DNA of 64,000 nucleotides, taken from the NCBI RefSeq assembly GCF_006345805.1, contig NC_043005.1, forward strand, positions 52,390,001-52,454,000, given 5' to 3'. Shown here in pieces: positions 1 through 13,692 of the stretch. Below the pieces are notes generated by a model, which ran no database searches, was not told the DNA's origin, and worked only from the letters and a program-made list of their open reading frames with translations. Source of the DNA: Octopus sinensis (lineage: Eukaryota). Within the stretch, counting starts at the first letter, position 1, and each line of letters starts with the position of its first letter. Position numbers and translations under genes: made by a program.

Positions 1-152
1 CCTAGTGCATAATTGATACTTATTTCAGAGACCCTGAAAGGATGAAAGGCAAAGTCGACCTCGACTGAATTTGAACTCAGAAAGTAAGAACGGATGAAAT
101 ACCGCTAAGCATTTTGCACATCGCGCTCACGATTCTGCCAGCTTGCCACCTT
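1..152 (-). mobile_element. tRNA-derived SINE, family 1 (3' part runs off window)
   Basis: Reverse complement of the recurrent GAGCTGGCAGAATCGTTAGC...GAGTTCAAATTCCGCCGAGGTCGACTTTGCCTTTCATCC unit (A/B-box-like head) seen in >15 copies in this window. Confidence 0.85.
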
Positions 153-165
153 AATGAAAATAATA

Positions 166-209
<44 letters not shown>

Positions 210-229
210 AATAATAGTAAGAGGAGGCC

Positions 230-395
230 GTAAGTCGATTAAATCGACCCCAGCATTCAAATGATATTTATTTTATCGACCGCGGAATGATGAAAGCAGA
301 GTCAAACTCAAAGGAATTTGAACTCAGAACGTTGAGATGGATGAAATGCTAAATATTTCAACAAGTGTGCTAACGATACTGTCAGCTCTTTGCTT
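230..395 (-). mobile_element. SINE family 1, diverged
   Basis: Same unit, reverse orientation, between (GAT)n and (AAT)n arrays. Confidence 0.75.
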
Positions 396-396
396 C

Positions 397-436
<40 letters not shown>

Positions 437-445
437 TAATAATAA

Positions 446-659
446 TTCTTTCTACTAAAGGCACAAGGCCTGAAATTTTAGGGAGGGGACTAGTTGATTA
501 CATCGGCCCCAGTGTTTCACTGGTAGTTAATTTATCGATCCCGAAAGGAAGAAAGGCAAAGTCGACCTCGACGGAATTTGAACTCAGAACATAGCGACGG
601 GCGAAATAACGCTAAGCATTTTACCTGGCGTGCTAACGATTCTGCCAGCTCACCGCCTT
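446..659 (-). mobile_element. SINE family 1, full length
   Basis: Complete head, body and 3' GGCACAAGGCCTGAAATT tail in reverse. Confidence 0.9.
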
Positions 660-706
660 AATAATAATAATAATAATAACAATAATAATAATAATAATAA
701 TAATAA

Positions 707-1167
707 TTGGAAGTGTTATCATGTACATTGTTTTGTCTTGGTATAAATGATGGGCTACAGCAAACATTCTGTTCAATACCACAGATTTGCTTGTCAGTTG
801 CTTGACTTTAACCAGTTGAGGATTTCCTTAGTGGCTGGTGCTATGAGCATCTCTGGTCACGATCATCATAGCCAAGTGTTGAGAGGAATTCTTCAGGGTT
901 CGGAGAATTCCCCTTTGGAAACATGGGTATTTTGTTCATTATCCTTATACAACCCTAATTTAGGGAACTTTTGAGCACGATGTGCTAATCGACCTGAAGA
1001 AAATTCTAACTGGGTCCCACCTGCAAGTTCATGCGCTCCTTATCTTGATATGAGCTCACTATGTCGCATACGTATCTTTGTGATGTATGCGACTGGTGTA
1101 ACCTTGTCAGACGGGTAGTCACGATAGGTATACTGGGCTTCGTATTTTTTATTGAGCTCTCTGGCTC
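707..1167 (+). mobile_element. ~550-bp non-coding interspersed repeat in (AAT)n, 5'-truncated copy 1
   Basis: Collinear with 21874-22428 (-) and 38559-39078 (+); flanked by (AAT)n on both sides. Confidence 0.85.
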
Positions 1168-1748
1168 AATAATAATAATAATAATAATAGTAATAGTAAT
1201 AATAATAATTTACGTGTTATCTATCAGGTATTCTGCTTTTAGGCTAAAACTTGTACAAAGAATTTCTACGTCGAAATTACTTGCCTTGGCAGAAAACTTA
1301 AATATTTTAGGCATAAAAACTACTTGTTTACGTCTCCTCATTAACCTTTCGATATGATGTAGTTGTTGTTGTTGTTGTCATCATTGTTGTTGTGTTTTTG
1401 AAAGGAAAATAGGAAAAGAAAGAGGAAGACGTATTTAAAAAGGCAAGAATATATATATATGTAAAAACAAACACAATGAAAAGAGAATTAAAAAAGAAAT
1501 CTGTTATTTTTGGTTTTGTTTCCGGATCTGTTTGGTATTTTGGTATTGATGTCATACTTATTTATAGGTGTTTTTTTTTCATTGGTAATTCTTCTTCTTG
1601 TTATTGTTTTGTATTCTTGGTTTGACATTATAAACTGATCTACGGCTAGTATTTCCGATTTTCACATGAAAACAAAAACAAAGGCAAAACAAGACGTAAC
1701 ATGAGACAAATCTCATCACGATAATTTATGACGTTTAAATCGCCATAT

Positions 1749-1779
<31 letters not shown>

Positions 1780-2254
1780 GTAGCAGCAGCAGCAGTAGCA
1801 GAAGCAGCAGCTCTGAGACTAATATATACCAGCGGCAATTCCGACCACTTAAACAAACGTCCGTTCTTCTTCCCACCACATCTTCAAAAGTAGTTCTGTA
1901 GTTCTATATTCAGCCAAGAAAACCATCCAAATCACCACCATGGCCAATCATCAGCAGTTGCAAGACCATCACTATTACTAGTAAGCTGTATTATAGTTGT
2001 GAGTGGCATTTTAATAAGTAGTCAACTACAGCAGTCGTATGGCTAGAGAGCGAAGAGCACAATATAATTATCCTTGCTTAACATGGTCAAATCTCGATAT
2101 GTACTGTGAGTTTCATTAAAATAAACACATTGATACAAAGAGAAATATATGTAATCTGTCGACGACAAATGAATCGAGAAACATCCAGAATGTGAAATAT
2201 ACATTTTTTTTGTTGGAACGGGAAATCTCGAAGCAAATAAAGCTATTAATATTG

Positions 2255-2378
2255 GTTTCACATTTTGGCACAAGACCGGCAATATTTAGCGGGTAAGTCG
2301 ATTACATCAATCCCTGTGCTCAACTGATACTTATTTTGCCTACCTCGAAAAATATGAAAGGCAAAGTTAACCTCGACA
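2255..2378 (-). mobile_element. SINE family 1, 3' fragment
   Basis: Matches the 3' half of the family-1 unit. Confidence 0.65.
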
Positions 2379-2399
2379 GACGTGTGGTGCACATTATTA

Positions 2400-3950
2400 T
2401 AAGTTTAGTACGCTTGCTCTGATGATGAAATTTCTGGAATCGGCTGTTACACTAAGTATCTTATGGTATTCACAGCTTGGAAGGCGCTACCATCAGACTA
2501 GTTGCAGCTTTGATGCGTTGACTAATGCTGAGCGAGAGGCTTTTTTTCAAACGTCTAACGTTTTTTTTTAGAATGTTACAGGCATTTCAACGATATTCTA
2601 AACTCACACTGGAATTGTATTGGATTTTCAGGTGTTAGAGGTGTATAAAAACTTCAGGAACTTTGCTCCATCGCTCCAAACTTTCTGTCATTTCTATTAT
2701 CAGAGTATGTCCTTGTAATCGTGGACAAATCGCCACGGGTCAAACAATATTTACGTAGGCTAGTTTTAGTATCCTCTGAGAGGGTTAATCTAAGAAGATC
2801 ACGATTTCGGTAGGCAAAGAGGACACGTAGAAAGGGAAAGTTAGCGTGAGATGACTGCACAGCTCATAGTACAGACAGCTTACGGCAACTGGAATACCAA
2901 TCTTGTTCAGTCGGATTTGTTGAAGCTATTATAAACAATAGGGTGTCTCTACTTGTAGTGAGGCAAGAGAGAAAGATAAATAGGTTGAGAAAAGTTATAA
3001 GTTCAGGACACAACTGAATAGGAGGGACGTTAATGAGAAATCGAAGAGGTGGTAGGAAATGGACGTTGACTGTTATTTCGACTGCCTTGCTTGAGTCTCG
3101 GCTAAAAGTTAGAGTTTCGAAAAACTGATAACAGCAGCCGAGGTATTGTGAATGGATGAGTGAGGAGATGATAGCCTACTTTTAATGAACTGCCTTATGA
3201 TCGTTATGGATAGAAGCTAAACTTGTTCTCCCTGCATTTAATAGACGTTTATCACAAGTAACAACACTTTTGATCCGTATCCAGCTGGATCTCTGATAAT
3301 GATAACTCGAGGAAGGATAGGAAGGGAAACAAAACTTCACTCCATAATTCCACTTCTTTGATGAACGTAAAGTTTCAGATTTTCGCCAAGGTGCGTGATT
3401 CCCGGGGGAACTATCTGAAACAGCTTCCACCTGATGCAATACACTGTAGAGAGAGTAGTTAATAAATTTGTCATGGACGATCCACCTGGATTAAACATAG
3501 GTTTTCCATAAAGTTGATTGCTAGTACTTGGCTACTCAGCTCAGTGCAATTTGTTTCCATAGTTTTCAAAAGTAGCTTGGCTACAATGAACAAGGTAATT
3601 TTTCGGTGGCCAGGATAAATGACTCTCTATCGGAACTGTTTCGAATCAAATATATTATGCGCATCAAGGAAAGGTGTCCGTTCTCGAAGCTCCTATACAT
3701 TGAGTCGTTGATATTGATGGTGGAACGCAGTGACACATCTCTCTCAATCTAGATTATGACAGGGTTGTAGCAGCACCAAAATAGAGACGGAGAGGCAGGT
3801 TCATACTGAACTACATCCGGAGTTGCTGGACAGAAGATACTCTTCTAACGCTTGGATTACAGATGGAAAGGAACAGAGACAATATCACGAGAAGCTCAGG
3901 CAGCAGAAGTACAAGCATAGATCGCCTCGTGGTAGACTAATATTTATAGT
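2400..3950 (-). pseudogene. Highly decayed CR1-like LINE (APE endonuclease/linker region)
   Basis: Patchy frame-shifted similarity by eye (ALEEYLLSSNS, LGE..VHQR, NAGRTSLASIHND) to CR1-type endonuclease; many stops. Confidence 0.35.
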
Positions 3951-4563
3951 ATAACTTCAGATTCTTTACTTTCATTCAACACCGGCTAAGACATCGAGAG
4001 GTCGTCGAAACATATAACCATAGAGACACGTTTAATCTGATTGGTAATATACACGTATTCTGTTTATGTCCAAACTTCAGCCTTTCACTTTATGTATTTG
4101 ACAGGCACAGCAGACTTAACCCCAAATAACTGTGTAATTGGTTGCAGAGTGTTATCAGTGAACAAATGCATTGATTAGATGAATTACGATCTTGTGCTGT
4201 CTTTGCAAGTGGAGTTATGGAACATATATACACAGAAACATAGAAATATACAAACACACTCGCGTATATACATCTATCTGTCTGTTCCTTTGTATCTATC
4301 AAGCAATCTATCGAGTCGTCTGCATGCCTGTCTATTTATGTATGTGTGTAATTGTCTATATATCTATTTATTTGTCTCTGTTACTCATTCATCTACTGTA
4401 CTTCTTTTCTCTCTTTATGTACATGCGCACGCGAACACTCATTTCTGTGTGCGTATGTGCACACGTGTTTTCGTTATGTATGTATGAGTGGGTGTATGAA
4501 TATATATACATATACATACATACATACATACATACATACATACATAGATGCATACACACACAT

Positions 4564-4600
<37 letters not shown>

Positions 4601-5017
4601 CATATAAATACACACATAACGTCTGATTGTCAATAGTTTTTTCTTCCATGCTTTTTTCATTTGTTTTGTCTGTCTCACTCAATCTATCTTCATTCCTCCC
4701 CACTCCAATATTTTTATCTATACGGCTGACAACCGATCAATTCAATCAATTACACATGTCCCTTATGAATTTTAGGTATTGTGATTATGTAAATAACCAT
4801 TATATTACACAAACACATTTAGTGAAATATATGTAAGTATGTGAGTATATAGGCATATAATATTTATAGCTATACATTACATATATAGGTATATATTTAT
4901 ATATGTATTCTATCTATTAATCTATTTATATATCTACTTGTCCCTATGTACGTAAACACACACACACACACACACAAATGCGTATGTTATAAATAAGAGC
5001 TACTAATGGTTTCTTAC

Positions 5018-5099
5018 CATTCAGACAAGTGGTTAGGCAGGTTTTTTATAACGAGCTTGTGGCTCCAATCACTCCCGGGCTCTGAACACATGTTATGTT
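5018..5099 (-). CDS. Candidate 82-nt coding exon of unknown host gene (HNMCSEPGSDWSHKLVIKNLPNHLSEW)
   Basis: Pyrimidine-rich tract + TTTTCAAACAG acceptor, ATG|GTAAGA donor, only one open phase (phase 1); LVIKNL resembles an RRM RNP2 motif. Confidence 0.3.
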
Positions 5100-5552
5100 C
5101 TGTTTGAAAATCACGACTCTGGTACATGAGAAAACATGAAAAACCATGAGAAAATATGAGATTGCTGCAAAAAGTGGAATGAGTAGATAAAGGATGGATA
5201 AAGGTGTACAAAGGAAAGAGAAACAAATAAAGCAAAGAGTCACGTCTCCTTTGACGTTAGAAGTCATACTTTAAATAGGTCTTGCAAAAGAATTCAGCGG
5301 ACTATTCATTCCGGTTCATTGCACTCTGCATTCAGATACAGCGGATGTTACTTTACGTCTTTCATACTGTCTGGACGATAAATAAATTATTTCTTTTGCA
5401 CAGTACATAGTCTTTCATTTACTGCCATGTAGAATATTGTATAAATATCTCACAAACAGTAACCAGAATAGTTACTTACTATCGAACAAGCACAAATGGA
5501 ATACCACAAGGTGTTTTCATACTTGGTGATTCAAGTATATATTTATACAAAA

Positions 5553-5970
5553 AGGGCCGTGAGCTGGCAGAATCGGTGGCACGCCGGGCGAAATGCTCAG
5601 CGGTATTTCGTCTGTAGCTACGTTTTGAGTTCAAATTTCGCCGAGGTCGAGTTTGCCTTTCATCCTTTCGGGGTCGATTAAATAAGTACCAGTTACACAC
5701 TGGGGTAGATATAATCGACTTAATCCGTTTGTCTGTACTCGTTTGCCCCTTCTGTGTTTAGCACCTTGTGGGTAGTAAAGAAGTAGGTATTTCGTCTGCG
5801 GTATTACGTTCTGAGTTCAGATTTCTCCGAGGTCGACTTTACCTTTTATCCTTTTGCGGGTGATTAAGTAAGTACGAGCTACGCACTGGAGTCGATGTAA
5901 TCGACTTAATCTCTTTGTCTGTCCTCGCTTGTCCCCTCTATGTTTAGCCCCCTGTGTGCAATAAAGAAAT
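5553..5970 (+). mobile_element. SINE family 1 head-to-tail dimer (second monomer lacks the 5' head)
   Basis: GGTATTTCGTCTG...GTTCTGAGTTCA...GGTCGA...AAAGAA unit repeated at ~5601 and ~5786. Confidence 0.85.
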
Positions 5971-5994
5971 ATATATATTTATACAAAATGTAAT

Positions 5995-6225
5995 CAAGGT
6001 ACATGGCTTAGTGTTTAAGGTATTGGGCTCACGATCGTAAGCATGGAAGTTCAATTCCCGGTGACGCATTGTGTCTTTGAGAACGACACTTTATTTTACG
6101 TTACTCCAGTCCGCTCAGCTGGCAAAAATGAGTAGTACCTGTATTTCAAAGGGCCCAGCCTAACCACATTCTGTGTCACACTGAATCCACCTGAGAACTA
6201 CGTACCAATCCAGGCTGTGAGCGTA
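5995..6225 (+). mobile_element. tRNA-derived SINE with CORE-like segment
   Basis: A box TGGCTTAGTG, B box GTTCAATTCCC, followed by TGTGTCTTTGAGAACGACACTTT. Confidence 0.6.
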
Positions 6226-6267
6226 TATTATCTTTTTGGTAACGTGGAGAAGTTGAATATATCCCCA

Positions 6268-6478
6268 TGGCGAGCTGGTTGAATCGTTAGCACGACAGGT
6301 GAAATGCTCAGCGGTATTTCGCAGGTCATTACGTTCTAAGTTCGAATTCCGCCGGGGTCGACTTTACCTTTCATTCTTCCTGGGTCGATAAATTAAGTAC
6401 AAGTCAAGTACTGGGGTCCTTTTAATCGACTAACTTCCTCCCACAAAATTTGAGGCCTTGTACCTATAGTAGAAAGGA
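6268..6478 (+). mobile_element. SINE family 1
   Basis: Full unit. Confidence 0.85.
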
Positions 6479-6505
6479 ATATTATTATCATTGTTATTAT
6501 TATTG

Positions 6506-6715
6506 AAGGCGGTGAGCTGGCGAAATCGTTAGCACACCGGGCAAAATGCTTAGCAGTATTTCTTTAGTCTTTATGTTCTGAGTTCAAATTCCGCCGAGGT
6601 CGGGTTTTCCTTTCATCCTTTCGGAGTCGATAAAGTACGTACCAGTCGAGCACTGGATCGATGTAAATCAACCTTGTCACGAAATTACTGGAGTGCTACA
6701 AAAATTGAAACCATA
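6506..6715 (+). mobile_element. SINE family 1
   Basis: Full unit. Confidence 0.85.
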
Positions 6716-6774
6716 TTTTGAAAGAACCTGAAAAGGAGTAAAAGCGAGGATAACTGTTTTCTAATGTAGCCTCG

Positions 6775-7025
6775 TCTCTACCAAGGCCTTCTGAGTGAAT
6801 TTGGTTGAAGGAAGCGTTTATGTGTCTATCTGTGTGTCTTCCAAAACTGCTTGAGAACCAGCGTTGGTTTCTTTACGTAGCCGTTAGTTAATGTGTCAGA
6901 AAAAGAGACCAATAGAATACAAACCTGACAGAAAAGTACTAGGATGAGTTTGTTGGGCCAAATCCTTCAAGGTGGTGCCTCAGAATGGTCGCATCGTGCA
7001 TTATGCGAGCGAAATAATGGCATAT
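6775..7025 (+). mobile_element. SINE family 2, decayed 3' part
   Basis: Similar to 55790-56790 flanks and 37812-38201 (GTGAATTTGG, AAAAGAGACCAATAGAATA, GGTGGTGCC). Confidence 0.6.
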
Positions 7026-7388
7026 TAATGACTATAGGAAAGATGAATCATCTAACAAAATACACAGGCGCAGCCAAATATGTCTATAGGGAAATAACAT
7101 ATACCTTTGTACGTAATGATTTTGTTGCTATTAGTTACCACCGTGTAATAGTCTTTGTATAACTATAAGTACTATGCATATGTCATGGGACTGTTAGCTT
7201 CCAGCAGTGTAGATATATACGAGGTACATGTATATGTATATAAGTACATATATACATATATATATGCTTATATATATGTGTGTATACATGTATATATGTT
7301 TATATATACATATACATACATATCTATATCCATACATATGTATACATATACATATATATGCATACATATATATATATATATATATAAT

Positions 7389-7433
<45 letters not shown>

Positions 7434-7499
7434 TAAAATATACATATATATGTATATATATATATACATAAATATGTATATAAATAAATATGTATATAT

Positions 7500-7530
<31 letters not shown>

Positions 7531-8080
7531 TATGTATATATACATGCACATATATGTATATATTTGTATATATTTATCTCTATATATATCTGTATCCAAA
7601 CAGACATATATATATATATATATATTGAAAGACACAAATATATATGATAAGTCATCGAAGAATATATATATATATACACTTTGAGAAAGTATGTTTATGT
7701 TGCACATGCGCATTCATTGGAGTGCCCAGGGACACAAACTGTTATGACATAACAGCTACGCCGCTTCTAGTACATAAATAAACAGGTATCGTTGATATGT
7801 GTTGCCAGAAGGGCGAAAATTTGATAGTTTCCTGGTACATATGCACGAAGTAAACCTAAATTCCATATCCATACATGCACATGTATATATTTGTTTATTT
7901 ATTTAGCATTGTTTCCCAAAAATATTATTTAGAGTGACTTCGAAGTTTCGACCTCTTTACTCGTCATGGCACAGTCCGATGAAAGCTAAGTAGGCCGAAA
8001 CTTAGTATTCATATTTGTATTAGATGGCAGCCAAATAACCAAGAAGTGCGTGATTGTTAAACTGTGCAATTTGGGCTCAC

Positions 8081-8119
8081 CTCTACCTGATTGCGGCTTT
8101 AGCATGTTGCAATCAAGAC
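8081..8119 (-). CDS. Candidate 39-nt phase-1 exon (LDCNMLKPQSGR)
   Basis: GTTTTATACAG acceptor, GAG|GTGAGC donor, only phase 1 open, phase-compatible with 5018-5099. Confidence 0.3.
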
Positions 8120-8267
8120 CTGTATAAAACATCAATAATTACGTACTTAGTTTTTGCCTATGTTAAATTTAAATGATACTAATATTAATGTTACTAAGAA
8201 GGGATTTGGTAGCTGTATGCATATATGTATGCACAAATGTGACCTATATATAATAATAATAACAATT

Positions 8268-8418
<151 letters not shown>

Positions 8419-8444
8419 TGATGATGATGATGATGATGATGACA

Positions 8445-9307
8445 CTTTATAAACAGTTTATAAAGTGTTAAGCATTTTCGGTATGCAAAATAGGGACTCC
8501 TTCACAGAATAACTGCTGTATTTGTTGAGTATATATAGAGTTTATAGAGCGGTTAAACATTTTCGGTATGCAAATTAGAGACTCCTGCATAGAATAAGTG
8601 CAGCATTTGTTGAGTATTTAACAGTTTATAAAGTGTTAAACATTTTCGGTATGCAAATTAGGGACTCCTGCATAGAATAACTGCTGTATTTATTGAGTAT
8701 ATATAGAGTTTGTAGAGCGGTTAAACAATTCCGGTATGCAAATAGGGACTCCTGCATAGAATAACTGGGGTATTTGTTGAGTTTATATAGAGTTCATAGA
8801 GCGGTTAAACATTTTCGGTATGCAAATTAGGGACTCCTGCATAGAATAACCGCTGTAATTGTTGAGTATATATAGAGTTTATAGAGCGGTTAAACAATTT
8901 CGGAATGCAAATTAGAGACTCATGCATAGACTAACTGCTGCATTTGTTGAGTATATATATATAGCTTATAGAGTGGTTAAAAATTTTCGGTATGCAAATT
9001 AGGGACTCCTGCATAGAATTAACTGGTGTATTTGTTGAGTATATATAGAGTTTATAGATTAGTTAAAAATTTTCGGAATGCAATTTAGGGACTCCTGCAT
9101 AGAATTAACTGCTGTATTTGTTGAGTATATATAGAGTTTATAGATTGGTTAAAAATTTTCGAAATGCAAATTAGGGACTCCTGCATAGAATTAACTGCTG
9201 TATTTGTTGAGTATATATATAGTTTATAGAGCTGTTAAAAATTTTCGGTATGCAAATTAGGGACTCCTTCATAGAATAACTGCTATATTTGTTGAATATT
9301 TAAACAG
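8445..9307. repeat. Tandem minisatellite, 10 units of 83-87 bp
   Basis: Unit starts TTAA(A)CATTTTCGGTATGC at ~8468, 8553, 8636, 8721, 8805, 8890, 8977, 9063, 9149, 9235. Confidence 0.95.
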
Positions 9308-9375
9308 ATGGATGGATGGATGACAATTATATTGCTGCTGCTACAACTACTGGGGCTGCTGCTGATTTCAGATTT

Positions 9376-10045
9376 TTTAAAGTATAATATGTCACTATGG
9401 AACACGAAGCTCCAATTATATCATTCTAATGGAGTATTGCGCTCAAACAACATTAGCATAAACTGTGGAATTTTCCAAGGTGACTCGCTTTCACCACTAA
9501 TTTTCTGCATAGCACTAATACCACTCTCAAGTGAACTGAATAGGACAGGATATGGCTACAAAATTGACAACAGGAAAATAAGCCATCTATTTTATATGGA
9601 TGATTTAAAGCTATATGGCGAAAATGATGACGAGCCTGAAGGATTATTACATACCGTGAAAGGATTCAGTGATGATATCGGGATGGAGTTTGGCCTTGAA
9701 AAGTGTGCCAAAGCCACTTTTAAGAACGGGAAATTGGTAAAGTTTAGTTCAATCGAATTAGATGTCGAAACAGTAATAAAGGAACTTGAGCAGGAACAAA
9801 CCTATAAATACCTAGGAATAAATGAAGGCTCTGGTATCCAGCATGCAAGCATGAAAGAAAAGGTTAGGAAAGAATGTTATAGAAGAGTTCGAGCATTCCT
9901 GAAGTCTGAGCTGAATGCATATAATAATGTGTTAGCCATAAATTCCTTACCAGTACCAGTTGTTCTTTATAGCTTCAATGTGCTTAACTGGAATACCAGT
10001 GAAATAATGAAAATTGAGAGAAAAATCCGCAAGCTACTGACGAGT
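9376..10045 (+). pseudogene. Reverse transcriptase fragment of an R4/Dong-type (RLE) non-LTR retrotransposon
   Basis: GIFQGDSLSPLIFC, SHLFYMDDLKLY, GMEFGLEKCAK, YKYLGI motifs in ORF 9308-10069; truncated at both ends. Confidence 0.9.
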
Positions 10046-10050
10046 AAATA

Positions 10051-10541
10051 CAGGGTGTCCCAAAATTAGTGATGATTTGAGTGAAATCGGATGCATCTTT
10101 TAAAAACTCACTTTTATTTATGTTTATCATGTTTAATATGTGTTAAAAGTGTATAACTTTTGAATTTTGTTTATAATATTATTATCATTCCTTCTTTTTG
10201 GACCCCTCTTATTTGTCCATAACATCTTTTTTTTTTCAGTTTGGCTGCAATCATATTCTTTACCTCCATCCCCAAGATAAAGCAATTGTTTAGCTGAGCT
10301 TAAAGAACACATTCAGTTAGCAGTGCAAGAGCTAACTCCTGAAATGCTTCAAAATGTGTGTCACAACGCTAAGGGGAGATTTGAAGTATGCAGGGATACA
10401 GACATGTTGAAAATTCTCAATAAAAGTTTGACGTAAGATTTATAAATATATTTGTCATGGTAATTAATATAAAATTCTGTCAGTTTTTTAAAAGATTTGC
10501 TCAATTTCCTTGAAACAGATAGTTAATTCTGGAACACCCTG
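10051..10541 (+). mobile_element. Internally deleted Tc1/mariner element
   Basis: TIRs CAGGGTGTCCCAAAATT / AATTCTGGAACACCCTG, TA at 10049-50 and 10542-43; internal transposase C-terminal remnant (LKEHIQLAVQELTPEMLQNV...RFEVC). Confidence 0.85.
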
Positions 10542-10663
10542 TAAGTTGTGGCGTTGCTTGAGGAAATACTAAAATCAAATGTCTTTTCTCCGTAAACATT
10601 CTATCTTTTTTGTTAAGCATAGTGCATCAAAGAGTATAGTATTCAAAATGTATCTCTCCTTTA

Positions 10664-10790
10664 TAGGCGTAGCTGTGTGGGTGAGGAGCTTGCTTTCCAA
10701 CTATGTCACCGTGGGTTCAGTCACACTGTGCGGCACGTTGAGCAATTCTCTTTCATTACAGCCCCAAACCGACCAATGCTTTGTGTATTA
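10664..10790 (+). mobile_element. SINE family 2, 5' tRNA-like head
   Basis: GGCGTAGCTGTGTGG...GGGTTCAGTCACACTGTGCGGCAC. Confidence 0.7.
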
Positions 10791-10948
10791 TATAATTACT
10801 ATTACTGTATCAGTATATAAAATAACAGATAAAAATAACTTATTATTCTCATATAATAAACAAACAGAAGTTTCAGTATGAAATTGATTTTTTTCTACTT
10901 CAGTTATTACATGTATTTTTCTTATAAAATACACACACAAACGAGGAT

Positions 10949-11022
<74 letters not shown>

Positions 11023-11127
11023 ATATTTATATACCTATATATAATAACACTTTGAATGTGGCCCCCGAGAAAGAGTAAAAGTAACCTCCCGATCAATGAC
11101 TGGTATTACTGCAAGCCGCGTATAAAA

Positions 11128-11340
11128 GAGCGAGCTGGCAGAATCTTTACCGCACCGGGCTAAATGTTTTACCAGAATTCTTCCGACTTTACGTTCTGAG
11201 TTTCAAAGCCATCGGGCTCGAGTTTGCTTTTGGTTCTTTCAGGGTCGGTAAAATAAGTAGCAGTGGAACACTAGGGTCAATGAAATCGACTTATACCTTC
11301 TCCTAAAATTGCTACTCATCTGTCAAAATTTGAAATTAAT
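11128..11340 (+). mobile_element. SINE family 1, diverged
   Basis: Full unit. Confidence 0.8.
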
Positions 11341-11365
11341 ATATGTATGCAATATATATATATAT

Positions 11366-11400
<35 letters not shown>

Positions 11401-11401
<1 letters not shown>

Positions 11402-11685
11402 CACGTGATCACGTGACCAACCAGACCATCAGATGTTGCTACACATCGTTGGTCACAATGCGTTCGCATTGTTTTTAGCCTTCGAATGACGCTACCCCGC
11501 TGGCTAAGCGAGCAGGCCAACAGAAGAAAGAGTGAAAGAAAGAGTGGTGAAAGAGTACAGCAGGGATCACAAGCCCCTGCCGGAGCCTCGTGGAGCTTTT
11601 TTAGGTGTTTTTGCTCAATAAACACACACAACGCCCGGTCTGGAAATCGAAACCGCTGCCCTAACCACTGGGCCATTGCGCCTCC
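11401..11685 (-). mobile_element. tRNA-derived SINE inserted in (TA)n/(CA)n
   Basis: Minus strand begins GGAGGCGCAATGGCCCAGTGGTTAGGGCAGCG (A box) then TTTCGATTTCC (B-box remnant). Confidence 0.75.
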
Positions 11686-11716
11686 ACACACACACACAAC
11701 ACACACACACACACAC

Positions 11717-11773
<57 letters not shown>

Positions 11774-11779
11774 AATATC

Positions 11780-11816
<37 letters not shown>

Positions 11817-12001
11817 GAGAGAGAGAGACACGCGCACACATATACACTCTCACACACACGCATGTATAAATGTATGGACAAAAATACACACACGTATATG
11901 TAGTGAAATCAAATAAACAAACATTAAAAATAGCAAAACAAACGACAAGAGGACGTGAACATGGAATGTATTTGTTTGATGCTCATTAAGAAGAGATAGG
12001 A

Positions 12002-12034
12002 TTTGACGTTTCGGGCATGGATTTTCGTCAGAAA
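12002..12034 (-). ncRNA. Minimal type I hammerhead ribozyme motif, stem II decayed
   Basis: Minus strand: TTT-CTGACGA-A-aatccatgccc-GAA-AC-GT-C-AAA; core and GUC triplet intact, stem II unpaired. Confidence 0.55.
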
Positions 12035-12904
12035 GGAAAACACAAAAGTCCAAAGATGTAAAAAAACACCGACGACGCCTGGGTAGTTACATTGCTGAAG
12101 TGCGTGTACATGTCTGTGTGTAAATATGTAGGAGTATTTTCTTATTCGTACTTATCTATAGGCGGTTGTAAACCTGTGTGTGTCCTCGTTCCCTTATTTC
12201 TAGCACTCCGGCAAAAAGAAATGGATAAAATAGGAATTAAGGCTTAAAATACCCTCTTGGAGTCGTTTTGATCGGTTAACAATAATTCAAGGTGGTACCC
12301 CAATCATGGTTGCTTGCCAAAGACTGAAATATAGAAACGAATAAGAGAATTATAGAATGCATGAAATACTATGAACTTATCTAATTCCGTATCTATGTGC
12401 ATACGTATGTACTAAATGGCAGTACGTGTATTTATTTGACATGACTACACGCATGTGTATTTGTGTGTATATGCATGTGTAATAGTGTGTCAACAGGTAT
12501 ACGATAACGCTTGTTTAACTCGTGAATTAACCAGTTTAATGTCAATCCTCAAGACCGCCATTGAAGGTAATACCTTTGGGTGATAAGAAACGACCGTAGA
12601 GCCACCCTAAAATTGTCTCCGTACAAACTTGTGATTGCACGTCCTTCGAAATCAATGATGTGTAGTGAGCAGGAACTAAACTAAGTAACGTTTTACACTT
12701 AATTGTGATTAGTTTTACCATCCTTGGAACTTAAGTGACAATATTTGGTAAAGTTAACCATAAAAACTTCCACTTCTCTGCTTCACAGAAATTCTATAAT
12801 ACAGTCCACTCACTACTTCGTCATCACCTTTCTCTTTCTCTTTGTTTGTTTGTTTATTTTTAATTCACTCAATGACGACCTATCCAGCTAATATCTTTCT
12901 CTCT

Positions 12905-13325
<421 letters not shown>

Positions 13326-13642
13326 TCTATGCAACTTCAATGCTATCCAGCTCCAAACCCACGTCCATTTCTTCGCCCCCTCTAAGCACTTCTGTTATTT
13401 CACAGGTGATTCTTATAAGTGTTGTGCACGAACTGTTCGCCAAACACCCATGGAAAACAATACAATTAATTTACACAGCATCAATAAAATCAAAAACAAC
13501 TACAAACTTCCCTGCTAATAATAGTTGTAACAGTATTATTAGCAATTGTAGAAGCAGCAGCAGCAGCACTATTAATAGTAATAGCAGTGGTAGCAGCAGT
13601 AGTAGCAGCAACAGCAGCAGCAGCAGCACTAATAGTAGTAGT

Positions 13643-13692
<50 letters not shown>

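Noticed and set aside
7960-8000. CCGATGA...GAAACTTAGTA hammerhead-like string
   Set aside because: Stems I and II do not pair
8445-9307. 85-bp array as CRISPR or hammerhead satellite
   Set aside because: No unique spacers, no cas genes, eukaryotic context; no CUGANGA core on either strand
9308-9375. N-terminus of ORF 9308-10069 as a signal peptide
   Set aside because: Chance read-through from (GGAT)n/(CTG)n-like sequence upstream of a truncated RT
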